In this document: positions 55,156-64,000 of the stretch, piece by piece
Layout: the number at the start of each line of letters is the position of its first letter
How positions within the stretch are numbered: position 1 is the stretch's first letter
Source: Pelagomonas calceolata
Lineage: Eukaryota
Direction: 5' to 3'
Assembly (NCBI GenBank): GCA_918797485.1
Contig: CAKKNE010000004.1
Coordinates: 558,001 to 622,000, forward strand
Length of the DNA: 64,000 nucleotides
Notes under the pieces: generated by a model
What the model saw: the letters and a program-made list of their open reading frames with translations, nothing else
Database searches by the model: none
Told to the model about the DNA's origin: nothing
Translations under genes and position numbers: made by a program

Positions 55156-56376
55156 TCAGCAGAACACGTCGGGCAGGCCCCAGGGCTCCTCCATCTCACA
55201 GGGTTTGAGCTCCAAGGGTGGGGAACAGACCTGGGCCCCGGCCTGCTCGAAGCAGTGCTCGTCGCCCTCCGTCTCGGCGGCGCGCATGCCCACGTGGCCG
55301 CAATTGTCTCTGTTTATATCCACGCCCAGGACGTGGCCTCCACTTCTCAGTCGGACTGAGGGCACTCCGTTTCTAGAAGCACTCTCTTCCCCGAAGGAAC
55401 TCCCGAACGTGTGCAACACCAGGGCAGCATCGCCCAAGACCAGCCAATCGGCCAACGCGGCGCGCTGCCCGGCGCCTGGTGTGGCCCTTGTGGCGTCGCC
55501 CCAGTCGGCATAGATCAACTCCGAATCCTTGAACTCCCTTTTGGCTCGAGCTTTGACCGAAGCGTCATTGGAAGCCAGGAAGATGACGGCTCTCGGGTGG
55601 CGCTTCAGGACGCGCCTAGCTGCCTCGAAATGCACTTTGATAGGTGCAGATTCATCCCACGTTGTCGAGCTTTCCACAGAAACATCCGGTGGAGGCACGA
55701 CGGGCCAGTCGAAGGACGGGTCGTAGGTCCGGACGTGCAGGCCGACGACGAATTTGTCCTGTAAAGCGTTCCTGAGATTTACGAGCGTGTCGTTCAGTCC
55801 AGCAACTCGCATCGCTGCGCCATCGACGCGCTGATAGAAGGCCCGCTTCCGGTGCAAGAACTCGCGACAGTCCATCTGAGGCTGGGCGAACTGGCCCCGC
55901 GGATCTAGGATGATCGCACTGTATTTGGTGGCGTCGAGCGTGACGGGGAGCGACCACCTCCATCGTCCAGAAGATCGAATGACGAGGACGGGTCTTCCGG
56001 ACGACGGTTTCAGGACTACGGACGGCTGGGTCTCGTTGACCATGGCCAGCAAACCGTCGAGGGCCGAGCCGTTGCCTTTGAAAGTAGACCAAGGCGGCTC
56101 GGCAAACAAGTCCTCGGCCTCGCAATCGCAGCCCCGTTCCGCTTTCCATCTCACCACTAATTCGACGTTCGCATCCGTAGCGAAGACGTGCGCTGCTGCT
56201 AAAGAGCGCAATCGATTGGCCAATCCTAATCGGTGTACGGAAGCAATCAGTGGAGTCGCCTGCTCGTCGTCAACACCCAACAGCTCCCTCAGCCCGGTCT
56301 CCGTGAGGGCGCTCTGGTAGGCGGGCACCTGCCAGTCGACCGCTGCGGCGGCTGCGAGGCAGAGGAGGAGCCGCAT
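55156..56376 (-). CDS. GT-B fucosyltransferase-like glycosyltransferase (NodZ/GT23/O-FucT-like)
   Basis: GLANRL, VVGLHVRTYD, IFLASND, ALADWLVL...TFGSSFG; signal MRLLLCLAAAAA. Confidence 0.75.
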   Translation of the reverse strand: MRLLLCLAAAAAVDWQVPAYQSALTETGLRELLGVDDEQATPLIASVHRLGLANRLRSLAAAHVFATDANVELVVRWKAERGCDCEAEDLFAEPPWSTFKGNGSALDGLLAMVNETQPSVVLKPSSGRPVLVIRSSGRWRWSLPVTLDATKYSAIILDPRGQFAQPQMDCREFLHRKRAFYQRVDGAAMRVAGLNDTLVNLRNALQDKFVVGLHVRTYDPSFDWPVVPPPDVSVESSTTWDESAPIKVHFEAARRVLKRHPRAVIFLASNDASVKARAKREFKDSELIYADWGDATRATPGAGQRAALADWLVLGDAALVLHTFGSSFGEESASRNGVPSVRLRSGGHVLGVDINRDNCGHVGMRAAETEGDEHCFEQAGAQVCSPPLELKPCEMEEPWGLPDVFC

Positions 56377-56781
56377 GGTTGTGGGCAGCCCTTTTGTGGG
56401 GTGCGCGCGGCGGCGGCGGTGTGCGATGCTGCTATTTATGGTTCGCGAGCTCTGCGTTACTATGGGTGCCTTTTGTGCACCGCTGTGGCGAGCCGCGACG
56501 TCCATCGATCGAGAGCTGCCGGAGGCTGCCCCGTACGATTTTCTTCGAGCGCGTCGTGGGCTCACAGAGGGCTCCCGAGCGCCTCCGCCGCGGCGGGACT
56601 TGTATCAAACGACGGGACCGTCGCGGGCCAGAATCGCAGATGCAAACCGAGTGCTGCTGTGAATTGCACTCTGCGACGGCGCATCGCGCCCGGACGGCGC
56701 GCAGGGCACGCGCAATAGACCACTAATCGAGTGCTGCGAGACGCTGCGCTCCGAGGCCGCGCGCGGGCAGCACCTACAGCC

Positions 56782-58149
56782 ATGAAGCCACACTGCCATG
56801 CAGTGTTGCTCGCCGCCCTTGCAAGCGCCCACGCCCCGAAGGCCGACAACATCTCCCAAACGCCTTATCGGAGGAAAGCCGCCGTCTTCGCGTCCCTCGA
56901 GGACGGCACGGCAGTCCTCTTCAGCGGCAAAACCAAAGACGAGAGGGTCAACAATGGCCACATGGCCTACGTGGGCGACACGTGGCTCTTCACGCCGGGG
57001 CCGGCGTCCTTCTGGCGGCGGCTGCACTTCGGCGACGAACGCGGTTCGAGGCCGGGGCCGCGGTGGAAGTCGGCCGGCGATGGAGTGAACGGGAATCTAT
57101 ACATATTTGGAGGGCACGTGCAGCGCGGGAGTCACTCGTTCTATTACGACGACATGTGGGTCCTCGAGAAGCAGTCTACATGGCGAGAGATTGAGAAGAA
57201 AGATGTCTGGCCTCCCGCCAGACGAGGTCACGCCGCGGCCCACGCGGACGATCTACTCGTGATTGTGGGCGGCCGCCAGCACCACTCCGAATGCCTGAGG
57301 GACGCCTGGGCCTTCAACTCGACGTCGGAAGTCTGGAGGAAGACGTCGACGCCTCCCAAAGGTAGTGGTTATGGCTGTCGGTGGGGCCACAGTGCAACAG
57401 CAATACCGCCCATCCCAACCGCCAAAGATGGTTCGGTGCAATCAGAACATACTATTGCAGTGTTTGGTGGCCGCCAGAAGACGAAAAAATCATATGATTA
57501 TCATGATAGCTCAGTATGGGTCTACTCGCCGAAGTGGGACGCCTGGCGCGAGCTCAATGGTCCCGCTGATGCTTCGAGACCGCAAGCGCGGGACCACCAC
57601 GCCGCCGCTTATCTCGACGGGGCGTTGTACATCCATGGTGGGAAGGTGACGGACCAGGCTACGTCGGCCAATGATGACCTCTGGCGTTTTGACTTCGTGA
57701 CGCACATCTGGCAACAGTTATCGTATGATGGCAAGGTGCCTCGTTCGAGATATTTGCATTCTGCTTGTTCGTGGCCTTCAGCACCTAGAGCGGCGCCGGC
57801 CGCTCTCGGTGCGCGACGGGGAGCTGTGTTACTCTTCGGAGGGGAACACATCAAATCAAGAAGAAACGGCAAGAAGAAATATGTGAGGTTCGACGACGTC
57901 TGGGGCTATTGGGCGGCGCGGGCCCCCACGGACGGCACGTGGGTCCGGCTCGTCGACAATGCCGGCGGCACCAAAGAACCCGTGCTCTCGCCCTTTGCGC
58001 TCGTTGGTGTCCGGGTGGCGTCGGCCGTGTTGGTGGTATTGCTGTCGCTGGGCGTCGTGGCCTTGGGGCTGTTCCACCGGTTCTCGCAGCAGAGCATGGG
58101 CGGCACTTCTGCCTTCGAGGCCGGCGCCTGCGCGGGCGACGCGTGTTGA
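56782..58149 (+). CDS. Kelch-repeat protein with signal peptide and C-terminal TM
   Basis: LYIFGG, VIVGG, AVFGG, LYIHGG and LLFGG, each with a downstream W; TM near the C-terminus. Confidence 0.88.
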   Translation: MKPHCHAVLLAALASAHAPKADNISQTPYRRKAAVFASLEDGTAVLFSGKTKDERVNNGHMAYVGDTWLFTPGPASFWRRLHFGDERGSRPGPRWKSAGDGVNGNLYIFGGHVQRGSHSFYYDDMWVLEKQSTWREIEKKDVWPPARRGHAAAHADDLLVIVGGRQHHSECLRDAWAFNSTSEVWRKTSTPPKGSGYGCRWGHSATAIPPIPTAKDGSVQSEHTIAVFGGRQKTKKSYDYHDSSVWVYSPKWDAWRELNGPADASRPQARDHHAAAYLDGALYIHGGKVTDQATSANDDLWRFDFVTHIWQQLSYDGKVPRSRYLHSACSWPSAPRAAPAALGARRGAVLLFGGEHIKSRRNGKKKYVRFDDVWGYWAARAPTDGTWVRLVDNAGGTKEPVLSPFALVGVRVASAVLVVLLSLGVVALGLFHRFSQQSMGGTSAFEAGACAGDAC

Positions 58150-58368
58150 TCCGCCTCCCTCTACAATTCGATATGCTGGTAACTAACTACAAGTATCCTT
58201 TATTTGAGCCTCGAAGGTCATTGCAGCTTCTTGATGGGGGACGTTTTCCCACGCGAGACTGAGAATACTGTATACAGGTACCTTATTGCTATTTCGAAGC
58301 TCCGGCTGGGCATCCTCACCGAGCAGGGAGAAGCCTCTTATCAGCTCGTTCCTGTTTTTTAGAATCTG

Positions 58369-58392
58369 GCTAGTGTCTTACGGGCCGCTAGC
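58369..58392 (+). promoter_or_regulatory. Recurrent GCTAG...CTAGC element
   Basis: gctagtgtcttacgggccgctagc, about 170 bp upstream of the plus-strand ATG at 58563. Confidence 0.6.
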
Positions 58393-58562
58393 TCCGCGGT
58401 GCTCGTCGTTTTGGGCTCGCGTTCGAATCCTGCGCGCCCGATAACGCTGTGGATTCAGGGACAGGTTCCCCCTCTCGTGCGACCAGCCGCACGCTCGCCG
58501 ACGCGGTCTCTCACTTGAGTACCCAAGTCATCAGCCAAGGCAGGCACTACAGCCACAGCACC

Positions 58563-60047
58563 ATGGCCAGCACGGACCCCGAAGACGGCGCCGCCCCGCT
58601 CGAAGAACCGCTCCTCGCGCCCGAACCTACAGAGGAAAAGGTCCAAGTCACGACCGAGCTCGCCGACCTCCTCGGCCTAACAGCGGCCTTCTTCGTCTCG
58701 TCCGTCTCCTGGGTCGCCATGAAGTCCACGGACACGGCCATCCTAGGACATGTAGGGACACGTTATTTGGACGCCACGGCTTTGTCCGACTTGTACACCA
58801 TGAGCACCGGAGTCTTCGTGCAAGGACGAGTGTTAGGAGTGTTCGTCTCGCAAGCGATAGGTGCGGACAACAAGAAACTGGCCGGAGCCTGGCTCCAGAC
58901 CTCCTACGCCGTTCTATCATTGGTACTCATACCAGTCGCGGTCGCGTGGCTCTTCACGGGTCCCGCGTTAAGATTATTCGTGAGGAACGACACTCTAGTG
59001 AAGGACGCCGCCTACTACGCCACGGTCCTAGCTCTCTGCCTACCCGCAAGAGTGGGCTTCTCGCAGCTGACGCAATTTTTTTCGGCGCAGAAAATCATGC
59101 GGCCGTCATATGCTACTGCTCCAATAGCCATGGTGCTCAATCTCGTATTGGGCTTGATCCTGGTGCTCGGGATTGGCATCCCTGATTGGCGCGGGTTCGG
59201 GTTCAAAGCTTGTCCTGTGGTCACCACTTGCGTCGAGTACGTCCAACTGGCCATCGTCATTGTCGTTTTTTGTGTCATAAAGAAGCTCCATGCGTCCTGC
59301 GAACCTGACAACGGATGGTTTTCCATGAAAGAAATCACGTCGGAACGATTCGTAGCGTACGTAAAGATGTATGCCCCAGCAGCTCTGGCCATCGCGTCGG
59401 ACTTCTGGCGCATGACCGCCGTGGGCGCGGTCGCCGCTTCATTGTCAGAGGACGACTTGGGGGTCTTCAATGCCTCCTATCGTATCATGTGGATGGCGCT
59501 CACACTAACTGGTTCTTTGGGAGGTGCGATCGCAACTAAATTAGGATTGCGACTGGGTGCTGGTGATTCAAAGGGTGCGCGGCAGGGCGTGCGGATCGGT
59601 TTAGTGGTGTCCGTCGTGTTATTATCAATAATCGTGTTGGTGGTGATCACGATACCGAGGCAACTCGCGATGATTTTCACGAACGATTCGAAACTGTTAG
59701 ATCTGTTCGAGCGGTGCCGCTACGAGTTCGCGGCCGCTTTATTCATGATGAACTTCGCGGTCGTCTGCGAGCGCGTGCCGTTCGGGATGGGTCGTGCCAA
59801 GGCAGTTTTATATGCGGGCGCCGTCGGCTCGTGGGTCGGCCAGGTTCCTGCCGTCATTCTGTGCGTCGAGTTCTGGCGGAAGGACCTGCGGAGCGTCTAC
59901 ACGGGCGTCGCGGCGGGATATGCCCTTCTCGTGGTGGTTTTATTGGGGATCATCTTCACCACCGACTGGCGGCAGCAGGCGGCCGACGCGCGCGCGCGGA
60001 GCGAGGTGGACGCGCCCGCCGCCGAGGAAGAGGAGGCCGCCCAGTAG
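58563..60047 (+). CDS. MATE-family efflux transporter
   Basis: DTAILGHVG, SQAIGA, LGAGD, AMIFTND; about 12 TM segments. Confidence 0.92.
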   Translation: MASTDPEDGAAPLEEPLLAPEPTEEKVQVTTELADLLGLTAAFFVSSVSWVAMKSTDTAILGHVGTRYLDATALSDLYTMSTGVFVQGRVLGVFVSQAIGADNKKLAGAWLQTSYAVLSLVLIPVAVAWLFTGPALRLFVRNDTLVKDAAYYATVLALCLPARVGFSQLTQFFSAQKIMRPSYATAPIAMVLNLVLGLILVLGIGIPDWRGFGFKACPVVTTCVEYVQLAIVIVVFCVIKKLHASCEPDNGWFSMKEITSERFVAYVKMYAPAALAIASDFWRMTAVGAVAASLSEDDLGVFNASYRIMWMALTLTGSLGGAIATKLGLRLGAGDSKGARQGVRIGLVVSVVLLSIIVLVVITIPRQLAMIFTNDSKLLDLFERCRYEFAAALFMMNFAVVCERVPFGMGRAKAVLYAGAVGSWVGQVPAVILCVEFWRKDLRSVYTGVAAGYALLVVVLLGIIFTTDWRQQAADARARSEVDAPAAEEEEAAQ

Positions 60048-60074
60048 TCGTGTGTACACACTTGTTTTTTACTA

Positions 60075-61211
60075 CTACCGTATCGTGTGCCGCCGCCGCG
60101 CGACGTCGGGAGGGAGCGGCTCGAGCACGGACTCCTCGACGTCGTCATCCAAACCCCGGTCCGACGCCCTGGTACAGCACTTCTCCCAGTGCGAGGTCCA
60201 GTGATCTTCATCATATGGTTCTTCCGGGATCAGTGCCAACGCCCCATGATCTTTTAATAAAGTGGAGATCGCCCATCCACCAAAGTTGATCTGGTCGTAC
60301 TCCGCCTTCGCGAGCGGCGTGTCCCCGTCGGCATCGAGCACGTTCGGGTCGGCGCCGCCTTGCAACAATAAAGCCACGGAGGACACGTAGCGCATCCGCA
60401 CGGCGATATCTAAGGGAGATTCACCCTTGAAGTTCCGTGAATTGGGCGTTGCCAACGACGCCTCGGGTTCGGGTTCGTCCGACTCATCTCCCGGCCTTCG
60501 CACGAACGTCACACCTTGCAGGAGCGGCTTCAACGCGTTCGGGTTGTGGCGCGCCGCCAGGTGGACCGGTCGATCTCCACTCTCATCGAGGGGCGCGTCG
60601 GGGTCGCAGCCGCAGGCTAAGAGTGATTCAATGCATTCTTCCCCTAAACAGGCGTACTCGAGGCCTATCGCGAGATGGAGTGCTGTCACGCCTCCAGGGG
60701 CGGCGTAGAGGAAGTCGCTGTCACTTTTCAACGCTTTTAGGACTTTGAGCAGGCCGACCTTGATCTTCTCTCTTAGTAAAGCGGTCCTGGCGCACTTGGT
60801 CGAATGCAACCACCCGTAGATAGTTTTTAACACAAATAACAATGGAGTCAGGCCATTATTATCTTGCACGTTTGCAGGATGCGTGAACTCCACCCCAAAG
60901 ACCGGCGGGTCGTAGTCCTCCAGTAAATCAGTCAGTGTTATTGCCGTGATCGTCGCGTTCTTCGTGAAGGTCGTCGCGGCGATGATCGCGGAGATGTGCG
61001 TGTCCTGGGCGCCGTCGCTGCGCCACTTTTGCACGTGGGCGCCCCAGGCGACGCCGTCGGGCGCCTTGTCCGTCGCGTGGTTGTTAATCCATAGCTGCAA
61101 AAGCCTAGCTGGCGTCGGGGCTCCCTCGACGGGCGGCGTGTCCGCGGAGCCGACGCCCCAGCGGTCAGCGCGCCGCTGCTTTTTAAGCTCGGCTGCGCTC
61201 TTGCGGGGCAT
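60075..61211 (-). CDS. Ankyrin-repeat protein
   Basis: DNNGLTPL, GVTALHLA, GDRPVHLAA, GESPLDIA, GADPNVLDADGDTPL. Confidence 0.88.
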   Translation of the reverse strand: MPRKSAAELKKQRRADRWGVGSADTPPVEGAPTPARLLQLWINNHATDKAPDGVAWGAHVQKWRSDGAQDTHISAIIAATTFTKNATITAITLTDLLEDYDPPVFGVEFTHPANVQDNNGLTPLLFVLKTIYGWLHSTKCARTALLREKIKVGLLKVLKALKSDSDFLYAAPGGVTALHLAIGLEYACLGEECIESLLACGCDPDAPLDESGDRPVHLAARHNPNALKPLLQGVTFVRRPGDESDEPEPEASLATPNSRNFKGESPLDIAVRMRYVSSVALLLQGGADPNVLDADGDTPLAKAEYDQINFGGWAISTLLKDHGALALIPEEPYDEDHWTSHWEKCCTRASDRGLDDDVEESVLEPLPPDVARRRHTIR

Positions 61212-61719
61212 GCTTCAGGCCATCTGTGCTCGCTTGGGCAGCCTCTATCCGAGGCTGCAGCGCCTCGGAGCGCCAGACCCGCACGCCGGCCCGTCGTCCT
61301 CTGCTTTTTCTGCGTAGTACTAGCGGACCAAGGGAGCCCTCGGCGGGCAGCGACATCTCTCCGGTGGCGCTTCCTCGGAGCTCGTGGATCTTGGCATCTC
61401 CAGCAGACTCGGAATTTTTGGTGCCGGCCCGCGTCCGCGGAGACCCCCGTCGCTGGCGGCGCGCCGCGAGCACCACCCGCGCAGTAGTTCACAGGTCGCG
61501 CTTCGATCCAGCCGCTCCACGGCTCCCTAACTCCGAGTTTCCCAGGCTGCCCGCGACCTTGGTGCGCAAAACGATACCCGTGGCACGACGCGTTCTCGGG
61601 GGGAATGATGATCTCACGCTCAGGATCATGTGGGTTTACGCGCGGGCGCCGCGCAGGCCCGCAGCCGCATTAAAACCCGTGGCTCCCGCCGCGCCCGTTC
61701 GCCCACCGAAGTACGCGCC

Positions 61720-62220
61720 ATGAATGAGAACGTCAAAATAGACTACGACACGGCCGAGAAGGTGATGGACCTCGACGGCTCGAAGGTCTACGTGAAGACC
61801 ATCGGCGACAAGACGCGCGCCGACGGCGTCCAGGGAGGCTGCGCGGACTCGTCGACGCCGCCCGCCGCAGGTCGATGAAGATCATGATGATCCCGGGCTT
61901 CAGCTGGGCGAAGTCCGTGGGCCCAAAGCTGCCAAAGTTGCCAGATGGGAGCTGTCCCGCATGGTGTCCGGCGACCCACTTCGGCTACCAGACCCAGGCG
62001 TGCTCCGGCGTTTGAAACTTCGCCTTCTTTAGCGCCCGACGGTCTCCTGCAGGGTACCTGCAAGATCAACTTCGAGGACGGCACGTCGACCACGATCAAC
62101 GCCGGCGACAGCTACCTCGTCGATAAGCCGCACCTGCCGGAGATCATCGGCGACGAGACGGTCATCATGCACGAGTTCTCGCAGCAGGTGAAGAAGGTCC
62201 TGGACTCGATGAAGGACTGA
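61720..62220 (+). CDS. Small cupin-fold protein; 3 exons, both introns GC-AG
   Basis: Removing 61815-61870 and 61998-62052 gives ...PGFSW...WCPATHFGYQTQGTCKINFEDG...INAGDSYLVDKPH..., a cupin motif. Confidence 0.8.
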
Positions 62221-62325
62221 GGCGCCGCGCGTCCCTTCCTAGAAGATTCATTACCTTATAGATAGTAGATAGACTAGCCCTACCGGGGTCTCTCACCGTG
62301 AACGAGGCTTAGAAATGAGGGTCAA

Positions 62326-64000
62326 TCACCGCTGCCGGCTATGCATATAGGGCTGCTCTAGAGGAGCGAAAAGACGTGGGCTTGACCACGACAAGGCGGA
62401 ACGCCACCTATTTTTGCGTGGGCTTGACCACGCCACGGCGCGACGCCACCTGTTTGCAATGCGGGAACGTCGGTGGTCCTCGAGGAGCGCGACGATCTCT
62501 GCGTGGCCCTCGCGTTGGGCAATCGCCAGCGGCGAGCGTAGGAGCTTGCGGATGAGCCGCGCATCGACACCCGTCTCCTTCTCGCCGTGGTCGTAGGTGA
62601 TGTCGTACTTGCCATTACCATGGTCTCGGCTGACTTTTCCGGGGCAATATTCTCGGCATCGATACCGTGCCTCGACCACGTCGCCCTCCCGGTATTCGGC
62701 GCCATCAAGGGATTCGTCGTCGCGTGGCACCGCGGCCCCACGCTCAAGCAAGAGCCGTGCCGCCTCGACGTGGCCCTCCTCGCAGGCGATGTACAGGGGC
62801 GTTCGGCCGTTCTTGTTCGCCCGGTCGACCTCCGCGCCTTTATCTAGCAACAGCTGCGCTGCGTCGACGTGGCCCTTGCGGCAGGCGGCGAACAGCGGCG
62901 TCCGGCCGTCGTCGTCCGCCAGGTTAATATCCGCCCCACGATCCAAGCAGAGTTGTGCCGCGTCGACGTGACCTTCGTAGCACGCGACGAGCAGCGGCGT
63001 TGCGCCTTTCCACTTCCCCTTCTCTGCCGCCCGGTCGACCTCAGCGCCACGCTCCAGCAACAGCCGCGCCGCGTCGATGTGGCCCTTCTTGCACGCGATG
63101 AATAATGACGTCGCTCCACCCCCTGGAGCTTGGTTGACCGCGGCGCCGTCGTCCAGGAGTTGAGTCATCGCGTCGACGTCGCCGGTCCGTGCTGCAGCGT
63201 GAAGTGGGAATTTCAAATCCAATTGTTCCTCGAGCAGCGCGACGACCGCGTCATGATGATTATTCTTTGCTACGTCCAGCGGCGTCATACCGTTCTTAGA
63301 CGCCTGAGTAATTTCCGCGCCCTTATCTAACAACAGCCGCGCCACGTCGACATGACCGTTGCAGCAGGCATAGAATAGCGGCGTCCAGTCGTCCTTATCC
63401 GCCCGATCGACCTCCGCGCCTTTCTCCAGCACCAGCCGCGCCGCTTCGACGTGGCCCTCGTGGCAGGCGGCGAACAGCGGCGTCCATCCGTCCTCTTCCG
63501 CTTTGTCGACCTCAGCGCCTTTGTCCAGCAGCAGCCGCGCCGCGTCGACGTGGCCCTTCCAGCAGGCGGTGAACAGCGGCGTGTTGCCCCACTTATCCGC
63601 CCGGTCCACCTCCGCGCCGTTGTCCAGCAGCAGCCGCGCCGCCTCGACGTGGCCGCCCTCGCACGCTACGAATAGAGGCGTCGCGCCGTCCCCCTTTGCA
63701 TCTATCTCTGCGCCGCCAGCAAGGACCTGCGTCATCGCGTCGGCGTCGCCGGTCCGTGCCGCAGCGTGAAGTGGGAATTTCAAATCCAATTGTTCCTCGA
63801 GCAGCGCGACGACTGCACCATGATTACAATGCTTTGCGACAAGCAGCGGCGTTGCGCCTTTCCACTCCTTCTTCTCTACCGCCCGGTCGATCTCCGCGCC
63901 GTTATGCAGCAACAGTCGCGCGGCGTCAACGTGGCCGTGTTCGCACGCTACGACTAGGGGCGTTGCGCCGTCCCCTTTAGCTTGGTCGACCGCGGCGCCG
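62326..64000 (-). CDS. Ankyrin-repeat protein with an inserted Tudor-like domain (5' end outside window)
   Basis: Many GxTPLFxACxxGHVxAARLLLxxGAxV repeats; YREGDVVEARY...PGKV...YDITYDHGE insert. Confidence 0.92.
   Translation of the reverse strand, partial: GAAVDQAKGDGATPLVVACEHGHVDAARLLLHNGAEIDRAVEKKEWKGATPLLVAKHCNHGAVVALLEEQLDLKFPLHAAARTGDADAMTQVLAGGAEIDAKGDGATPLFVACEGGHVEAARLLLDNGAEVDRADKWGNTPLFTACWKGHVDAARLLLDKGAEVDKAEEDGWTPLFAACHEGHVEAARLVLEKGAEVDRADKDDWTPLFYACCNGHVDVARLLLDKGAEITQASKNGMTPLDVAKNNHHDAVVALLEEQLDLKFPLHAAARTGDVDAMTQLLDDGAAVNQAPGGGATSLFIACKKGHIDAARLLLERGAEVDRAAEKGKWKGATPLLVACYEGHVDAAQLCLDRGADINLADDDGRTPLFAACRKGHVDAAQLLLDKGAEVDRANKNGRTPLYIACEEGHVEAARLLLERGAAVPRDDESLDGAEYREGDVVEARYRCREYCPGKVSRDHGNGKYDITYDHGEKETGVDARLIRKLLRSPLAIAQREGHAEIVALLEDHRRSRIANRWRRAVAWSSPRKNRWRSALSWSSPRLFAPLEQPYMHSRQR

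Noticed and set aside
55818..55830. Exact 13-mer motif inside the glycosyltransferase CDS as a hidden intron
   Set aside because: The ORF is continuous (QRVDGA) with no flanking splice or TIR context, so it is likely chance.
61989..62043. Non-canonical intron bounded by an agacc/ggtct inverted repeat giving HFGYLLQG
   Set aside because: A GC-AG intron at 61998-62052 gives an equally spaced HFGYQTQG, which is the simpler explanation.
1..64000. Hundreds of overlapping or antisense ORFs in the track (e.g. 5212..6255, 15247..16638, 36170..37597, 8908..10035)
   Set aside because: They are shadow frames of real GC-rich genes, with R/A/P/S-biased composition and no domain motifs.
1..64000. Prokaryotic operon, CRISPR array or defence island
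   Set aside because: The gene set is eukaryotic and has introns. There is no regularly spaced repeat-spacer array; the recurrent motifs are dispersed.
1..64000. tRNA, rRNA or autonomous transposase genes
   Set aside because: None was recognisable by eye. A covariance-model scan would be needed to exclude small RNAs.

Overview
Gene-dense, GC-rich eukaryotic nuclear DNA, not prokaryotic. It carries cytosolic ribosomal protein genes (RPS12, RPL31), spliceosomal-type introns and bipartite signal+'ASAF'-like plastid-targeting peptides. This points to an ochrophyte alga, most likely a pelagophyte (Pelagomonas/Aureococcus-like; inference). About 40 protein genes are supported, most of them single-exon. 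Many split or overlapping ORFs in the supplied track join in frame once 13 short introns are removed. Highlights: (1) an intact introner transposon at 25495-25606, with 14-bp TIRs and an 8-bp target-site duplication, that splices out perfectly; (2) a CGCCATCGACGCG motif shared by this element, most other introns and several intergenic gaps, with GC donors and AG|GY junctions consistent with decayed introners; (3) a strand-oriented 24-bp element GCTAGTGTCTTA-N3-GCCGCTAGC upstream of many start codons; (4) two tandem GPI-type surface-protein genes that share their ends and 3' flank but differ in the middle; (5) a cluster of divergent NLS + C-terminal-hydrophobic proteins; (6) unusual proteins, including a PH-TM-FABP-like fusion and a cysteine-free mS37-like protein. 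All calls were made by eye; no database searches were run.
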